DNA of 64,000 bases from Dehalococcoidia bacterium (GTDB taxonomy: Bacteria; Chloroflexota; Dehalococcoidia; GIF9; AB-539-J10), in NCBI GenBank assembly GCA_021162545.1, contig JAGGYM010000053.1:10272-74271 (forward strand), read 5' to 3'. The notes under the pieces are model-generated. The model saw only the letters and a list, made by a program, of their open reading frames with translations, was not told the origin of the DNA and ran no database searches. This document shows positions 59,240 to 64,000 of the stretch, piece by piece (position 1 is the stretch's first letter; every line of letters starts with the position of its first letter). A program made the translations under genes and the position numbers.

Positions 59240-60000
59240 TCACTTGTACGCCTTAACTGTAATGTTCAAAAGCTTTTCTATAGCTCCGTTTCCCTTACTC
59301 TCTATATAGAATTCTCTACTGGACACCATCATCACATCCTCGAACCTGGCCTTTCTTACCTCGCCCAAGTATTCTTGCTGCTCTAAAGCCCCGGCGATAC
59401 ATCCTGTCCAGGCATCAAGATCATTCTTTATCTCATCGGGGGAGTTCTCTCTGGGAAACTATATCGGAAACTATGAGCCTTCCACCGGGCTTCAGAACCC
59501 GGTAAGCCTCCCGGAAGGCTTTAGATTTATCTGGTGATAGATTGATAACGCAGTTACTGCTAACGACGCCCACAGATTCATCCTCGATGGGAAGTTTCTC
59601 AATTTCCGCCAGGCGAAACTCTACATTTTGGTAGCCATAACTCCTAGCGATACCTTTTGCCTTGTCCCCCATTTCCTCTGTCATATCAACTCCGATAACC
59701 CTGCCGGTGGGGCCAACCTTATTAGCTGCCAAGAATACATCTACGCCTGCCCCTGACCTTAAATCCAGGACTACCTCGCCCTGTTTTATGTCTGCTGTAG
59801 CGGTGGGATTACCACATCCCAAGCCTATAACCGCCTCTTCTGGAATTTGTTCCAAATCTTCTCTCAAGTATCCGATAGCCTGAGCTTGGGGCAGAAGGTT
59901 GGCTCCGCAAGCACAACTTGGGCAACAGTTTTGTTGGTCTTGCTTAGCTATCTGAGCGTATCTCCTCTTCACCACTTCCCTGATTTTCTTCTCTTCCATA
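59240..60000 (-). pseudogene. arsM: arsenite S-adenosylmethionine methyltransferase ArsM with an apparent +1 frameshift at a C5 homopolymer (coding-strand CCCCC = plus-strand GGGGG at 59438-59442). The N-terminal 189-codon ORF (59433..60000) is intact and the conserved C-terminal tail continues in the +1 frame to 59240
   Basis: The N-terminus has CCPSCAC and a SAM-MTase domain (VLDLRSGAGVDV…VVSSNCVINLSPDKSKAF…LKPGGRLIVSDIV). After …RELP, the frame with DEIKNDLDAWTGCIAGALEQQEYL… (conserved GC(I/V)AGA Cys) is open. Removing one C restores ELPDEIK. Confidence 0.6.
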
Positions 60001-60106
60001 ATTGACCTCCTTGCATTTGCGCCGCAACAGCACTCGTTAACTAAAGCAGCGCACACAATATCCTGCGGGCTGTAAAAAAACCAGTAAGTAAATTGCCATC
60101 TAAATT

Positions 60107-60379
60107 TCAGCCACCACTGACGATAAACTGAATAGTGAGTTCATCATTCTTCTTCACAGGGCTATCCAATTTCAGTGTATATGAATTCGTCGATTTAATA
60201 AAAATCTGGTAAAGGCCTCTCAACTCCTTTTGCCTGACACTAATTTCTTTCTTAATGCCAGGAAATCGCGCCTCCAAATTGTCAAGGCACTGACCAACAT
60301 TTCGGCCTTCTGTCTCAACCAATCCACGGCCATCGGTCAAGTATTTCAGATGCCAGGCAATTTTTACCTTGATACTCAT
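60107..60379 (-). CDS. MoaD/ThiS-family sulfur-carrier protein (C-terminal Gly-Gly)
   Basis: 90 aa ending …IQFIVSGG with a beta-grasp-like pattern. It is adjacent to a MoeB/ThiF-family gene and to AOR. Confidence 0.65.
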   Translation of the reverse strand: MSIKVKIAWHLKYLTDGRGLVETEGRNVGQCLDNLEARFPGIKKEISVRQKELRGLYQIFIKSTNSYTLKLDSPVKKNDELTIQFIVSGG

Positions 60380-62211
60380 TATGACTCATATGATTCAGGT
60401 GAAAATCGTTTTCCCCTTCGTCTAGCCATTTTTTTCTGTGGGGCCAACTCCTCTATCCCGAGTTCCCGAATCTTCTCCAGTTTTGGAATTCCCGTTTTCC
60501 TACTCCAGTCTCGAAGCTCGTAATATTCGTCCAGCATTTTCTCAAAATCCTCCAGCGGGACCATCCAGCCCGTATCCTCCAGGGGCTCAGTAAATCTCTT
60601 GGGCAATGTGTCATCCTTTCTAGAGAGCCCTTCACGAACGTTAAATAGTCGGGTTACATTATAGGCTCTCTCACCCAGAGCCATGAACCATTTTTCATCG
60701 GCATCCCATCCAAGGGAAGTAAGCGCCTCTGTCAACCACTCTGCCGAATATGGTGCACAATCGCATGTTATAAGGCTCCACGCAGCAGCGTTGTAATCCT
60801 GCAATCGCTTCACCAATGCGGCTTTCCCCACAGTGGTGAACGGGTCTAGCGTTTTGCCAAAAACTTCCGCACCAGTTGGATACGCCCTCTGATGACAAGC
60901 GCCTCTATCAGCTGTGGCATAAGCAAGGGCCATCCCTCTCGACCCTCTGGGATCATATCCAGCAACTTCAAGTCCCTTGACATGAACAGCAAAATCCCCT
61001 GTTCTCTTCATAAGTTTGGCCGAAGCCGCTCTTACACCTTCGGCCAGAAGATCCCCTATCCCCTCCCTGGTAGTTATCATTTTCACTAACTCTACCTGTT
61101 TTTTCGAATCTCCAAAAGGAATCTTATAATTTATCAGGCCTTTCTCTGAGCATTCCATAGCAAAGGCAATGACATCTCCCAAGGACATCACGTCAATACC
61201 ATATTCATTAGCCAACCTTATGGATTCTAATACTGTGCTCAAATCGCCCTGCCCACAGTTTGCTCCAAGCAGCACCATAGGCTCATATGATACTGTAGCT
61301 TCAGCGCCTGCAAAAGGACCTTCATTCGCCCTCACTATATTGCCACAGCCAATGGGGCACAAATGACAGCTAGACTTTTGTATAACATTTGGCCGCAATG
61401 CAGCTTCATTAATATTTTTAACCTGCTCAAATGAACCCGCAGTAAAGTTCCGGGTCGGTACAATGTGCGCTTCGTTACACATATCAATATTGGGAGTGAA
61501 CATGCCCCCACTGAAAAACTCTCTGAGGTCCTTATTATCAGCAAGGCGTCTAAAGTGTTTCTTCTGGAGTTCCTTTGTTTTCTCAGGAATATCGATTTTC
61601 CCGTTGCTCTTAATGGCAATGGCCTTCAGATTCTTTGACCCCATTACAGCGCCAATGCCACAACGCCCTATCGCTCCAGGGCGCCCACTCCCGGTCACAT
61701 TGTTCAATACACATGCAAATTTGACCAGATTTTCCCCGCCAGGACCAATCGTTGCCACACTAAAACCTGGATAATATTCGCTTGTCTCCGTAGTACTCTT
61801 CCCTTTAAGAGTGGAACTAACGTCTTCCAGCATTACATTGTGCCCCTCTACCTTCAGAACAACCAAATTTGGACTTTTCCCTTCAATAATAATTCCCAAA
61901 TACCCTGCCTTCCTTAGTTCATACGAAAAATTGCCGCCGGAAAAAGAATCAGCGTATGCTCCTGTCAAGGGTGACTTCGTCACCACCGCATAACGCGTGC
62001 AACTGGGCATGATACCTGTTAAGGGGCCAGCTATAAACATGAGTTTATTATCAGGCCCCAATGGGTCAGTCTTAGCCCTTAACTCTTTATAGAGATAATA
62101 AGCGCCTAACCCCTTTCCACCGACATACTTATGCATTAACTCAGGTGATATTAGCTCCTCCTTCACCACCCCCTCTGACAGGTTAACCCTTAATAACTTG
62201 TACTTTTCCAT
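60379..62211 (-). CDS. aor: tungsten-containing aldehyde:ferredoxin oxidoreductase (AOR family)
   Basis: About 610 aa from MEKYKLLRVNLSEG… The AOR N-terminal domain and Cys ligands for a [4Fe-4S] cluster are present (…CHLCPIGCG…). Confidence 0.85.
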   Translation of the reverse strand: MEKYKLLRVNLSEGVVKEELISPELMHKYVGGKGLGAYYLYKELRAKTDPLGPDNKLMFIAGPLTGIMPSCTRYAVVTKSPLTGAYADSFSGGNFSYELRKAGYLGIIIEGKSPNLVVLKVEGHNVMLEDVSSTLKGKSTTETSEYYPGFSVATIGPGGENLVKFACVLNNVTGSGRPGAIGRCGIGAVMGSKNLKAIAIKSNGKIDIPEKTKELQKKHFRRLADNKDLREFFSGGMFTPNIDMCNEAHIVPTRNFTAGSFEQVKNINEAALRPNVIQKSSCHLCPIGCGNIVRANEGPFAGAEATVSYEPMVLLGANCGQGDLSTVLESIRLANEYGIDVMSLGDVIAFAMECSEKGLINYKIPFGDSKKQVELVKMITTREGIGDLLAEGVRAASAKLMKRTGDFAVHVKGLEVAGYDPRGSRGMALAYATADRGACHQRAYPTGAEVFGKTLDPFTTVGKAALVKRLQDYNAAAWSLITCDCAPYSAEWLTEALTSLGWDADEKWFMALGERAYNVTRLFNVREGLSRKDDTLPKRFTEPLEDTGWMVPLEDFEKMLDEYYELRDWSRKTGIPKLEKIRELGIEELAPQKKMARRRGKRFSPESYES

Positions 62212-62258
62212 TGCATTTCGCCTCCTGTAATTAGCTAAATTTGGCCTCCACACACTCA

Positions 62259-63053
62259 TCAAGACTCACTGCCTCCACAAACCCTGCATTCAGGATTCTT
62301 GGCTAAATTGGCTATGGTGAACTCCATCCCTTCACCATCAATATATAACATCCTGTTGGTGAGCAAATTACCAAAACCGGTAAGAAGTTTAACTACTTCC
62401 ATAACCTGTAGAGTAGCTATCAACGCCGGAGCCATACCGAAAACCGGAATTACCCCCTTGTTTTTCGGAGCTTCAGGGAAAATACAGGCAAAGCAGGCGG
62501 TTTCCCCAGGAATTATGGTGGTAACTTCACCAATGAGCCCATTCACTCCTCCATGGATGAAAGGGATTCTTTCTGCCACGCATGCTGAGTTAAGAATAAA
62601 TCTGGTTTCGAAATTATCCATCCCGTCTATTACCACATCTGCTCTCATAATAATGCCCCGCACATTTCCCTGGGTAATTCTCTCAAGAAGCGGACTAATC
62701 TTTATCGACGGATTCAATTTGGCCAGTTTCCTTGCTGCCGAGAACGGTTTCTCCTCTCCGATATCCTCATCCCAATAAAGAATTTGTCGGTTTAAATTAG
62801 AGAGCTCCACGCGGTCACAATCCACCAGAGTAATATGTCCCATGCCAGCACAGGCTAAATATATAGAAGCGCTGGTTCCCAATCCCCCAAGTCCAGCTAC
62901 CACTACATGGGAGCGCTTAAGCTTCTCTTGCCCCTGCCACCCAAAACTTGGGTATAATATTTGCCGCCTGTATCTGCTGAGATCACTATTTGTAAGCACA
63001 TTTCCCTTCGCTCTTTTCATTAAATTCTTACTTTGCCTCCTTTGAACTATCAA
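62259..63053 (-). CDS. MoeB/ThiF/HesA-family E1-like adenylyltransferase (start possibly at the internal Met near 63020)
   Basis: RYRRQIL…VVVAGLGGLGTSASIYLACAGMG…LVDCDRVELSNLNRQ and a C-terminal CxxC…CRVCGG zinc motif. Confidence 0.8.
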   Translation of the reverse strand: MIVQRRQSKNLMKRAKGNVLTNSDLSRYRRQILYPSFGWQGQEKLKRSHVVVAGLGGLGTSASIYLACAGMGHITLVDCDRVELSNLNRQILYWDEDIGEEKPFSAARKLAKLNPSIKISPLLERITQGNVRGIIMRADVVIDGMDNFETRFILNSACVAERIPFIHGGVNGLIGEVTTIIPGETACFACIFPEAPKNKGVIPVFGMAPALIATLQVMEVVKLLTGFGNLLTNRMLYIDGEGMEFTIANLAKNPECRVCGGSES

Positions 63054-63274
63054 AATTGTAATCCCAACACCTCAGGGAAATCAATGCACTATATACGTCA
63101 TTAATTAAACTCAACCTGAAATAATCCCTGGCATGGGCCTTTAAGATAAACATGAATACATAAGGTATGACGAAATTCCTGAACAGCCAGGTTGCACTCT
63201 ACAAACTAAGACAATTGTGGACAAAACCCCACGGAATCTGGTATAAATACTCAATTAATTTACCAGCTAACAAT

Positions 63275-64000
63275 ATGTCAAATTTTTCCCCACCGGATGC
63301 GGCTAGAGCGGTTTGGAGGGGCGTGCGTAATTATATAACTAAGCGCCCCCTGGTTGTTTCCTTCGAGGTAACGCTTTCCTGTAATTGCAATTGTCGACAT
63401 TGCGATCTTGGTGGCATAATAAGAGACGAGAAACAAATTAAGCCGGATGAGTTTGCACGGTTAACTCGGTCTCTGGATCCACCATTAGTGCAAATCTCAG
63501 GTGGCGAGCCACTCCTGCGCAAAGATATAGTAGATATTGTCAGGGCTATCAAACAATCCAGGGGAACATCTTACCTGATGCTCGTCACTAATGGTGTGCT
63601 ACTGAATGAGCACAACTACCTGCAGATGCATAAAGCAGGGCTAAATCAGTTATCAGTCTCATTGGATTTTCCTGATGAACGCCATGATGATTTTCGGCGA
63701 CACAGAGGTTTATACAAGCATCTGGATGAAACACTCCCCCAGCTTGCAAGGTTTGGGTATAGGGACATTATCTTGAACACGGCTATAACGAAAGACAATT
63801 TGAAAGACCTATTACCTTTAGCTCAAAAGGCCAAGGAATGGAATGTATCTATATCATATAGCGCATATACCCCACTGCGGACAGGCAATAGCAGCTACTC
63901 TATCAATGATGGAGGAGACCTGGAGCTTTTGCGTAAGACCATTTATGAGCTTATAGAACTAAAGAAGCGAAACGGACATATAACCAACTCCAGAGCTGTG
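63275..64000 (+). CDS. radical SAM domain protein, 3'-truncated by the window edge
   Basis: ATG at 63275. The frame stays open to the window end. CNCNCRHC is a CxxxCxxC radical-SAM cluster motif and a glycine-rich SAM motif (ISGGEPLL) follows. It is absent from the ORF track because no stop lies within the window. Confidence 0.7.
   Translation, partial: MSNFSPPDAARAVWRGVRNYITKRPLVVSFEVTLSCNCNCRHCDLGGIIRDEKQIKPDEFARLTRSLDPPLVQISGGEPLLRKDIVDIVRAIKQSRGTSYLMLVTNGVLLNEHNYLQMHKAGLNQLSVSLDFPDERHDDFRRHRGLYKHLDETLPQLARFGYRDIILNTAITKDNLKDLLPLAQKAKEWNVSISYSAYTPLRTGNSSYSINDGGDLELLRKTIYELIELKKRNGHITNSRAV

Overview
This 64 kb window looks like chromosomal sequence from a Chloroflexota/Dehalococcoidia-like anaerobe. 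The 16S gene resembles Dehalococcoidia 16S as I recall it, and it stands alone between glyA and folD with no 23S/5S, as in that class; this needs a database search.

Gene order across the window:
- Replication and repair: rplI-dnaB, then a DnaD-like gene and an unusual tandem-duplicated DnaC/DnaI-like loader, polA, a convergent NfnAB-like pair and fpg/mutM.
- 13-28 kb oxidoreductase island: CoxG plus a xanthine-dehydrogenase-family FAD/2Fe-2S/Mo trio, a small zinc-finger ORF, hydantoinase/oxoprolinase HyuA/HyuB, a DMSO-reductase-family Mo/W enzyme (third Cys of the CxxCxxxC motif is Ala), a tandemly duplicated NuoG-type Fe-S module (once standalone, once fused to a GltD-like flavoprotein) and a ferredoxin plus TPP-beta-like protein.
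- Housekeeping block: rluD-lspA, dksA/traR, a pckA-like gene, hrcA-grpE-dnaK with a CIRCE-like repeat, corA, coaX-coaBC, valS, secA, prs and glyA.
- rRNA and C1 metabolism: 16S rRNA with a consensus sigma70 promoter, two tandem folD paralogs and a standalone MetH activation-domain protein.
- tRNA-Arg and tRNA-His, then a PKD-repeat lipoprotein.
- Methanogen-type sulfide-incorporation cluster: Thi4, COG1900/DUF39, NIL-ferredoxin and UPF0280.
- Metal/arsenic cluster: CDF transporter, a small Cys-rich ORF, an ArsP-like permease with an embedded TRASH domain (disrupted by two compensating frameshifts), ACR3 and arsM (frameshifted at a C5 run).
- A tungsten-type aldehyde:ferredoxin oxidoreductase with MoaD/ThiS-like and MoeB/ThiF-like genes, and a partial radical-SAM gene at the 3' edge.

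No CRISPR array, integrase or transposase was seen. The most interesting candidates are the coupled hydroxylase / ATP-dependent lactamase / Mo-W reductase island and the duplicated helicase loader.
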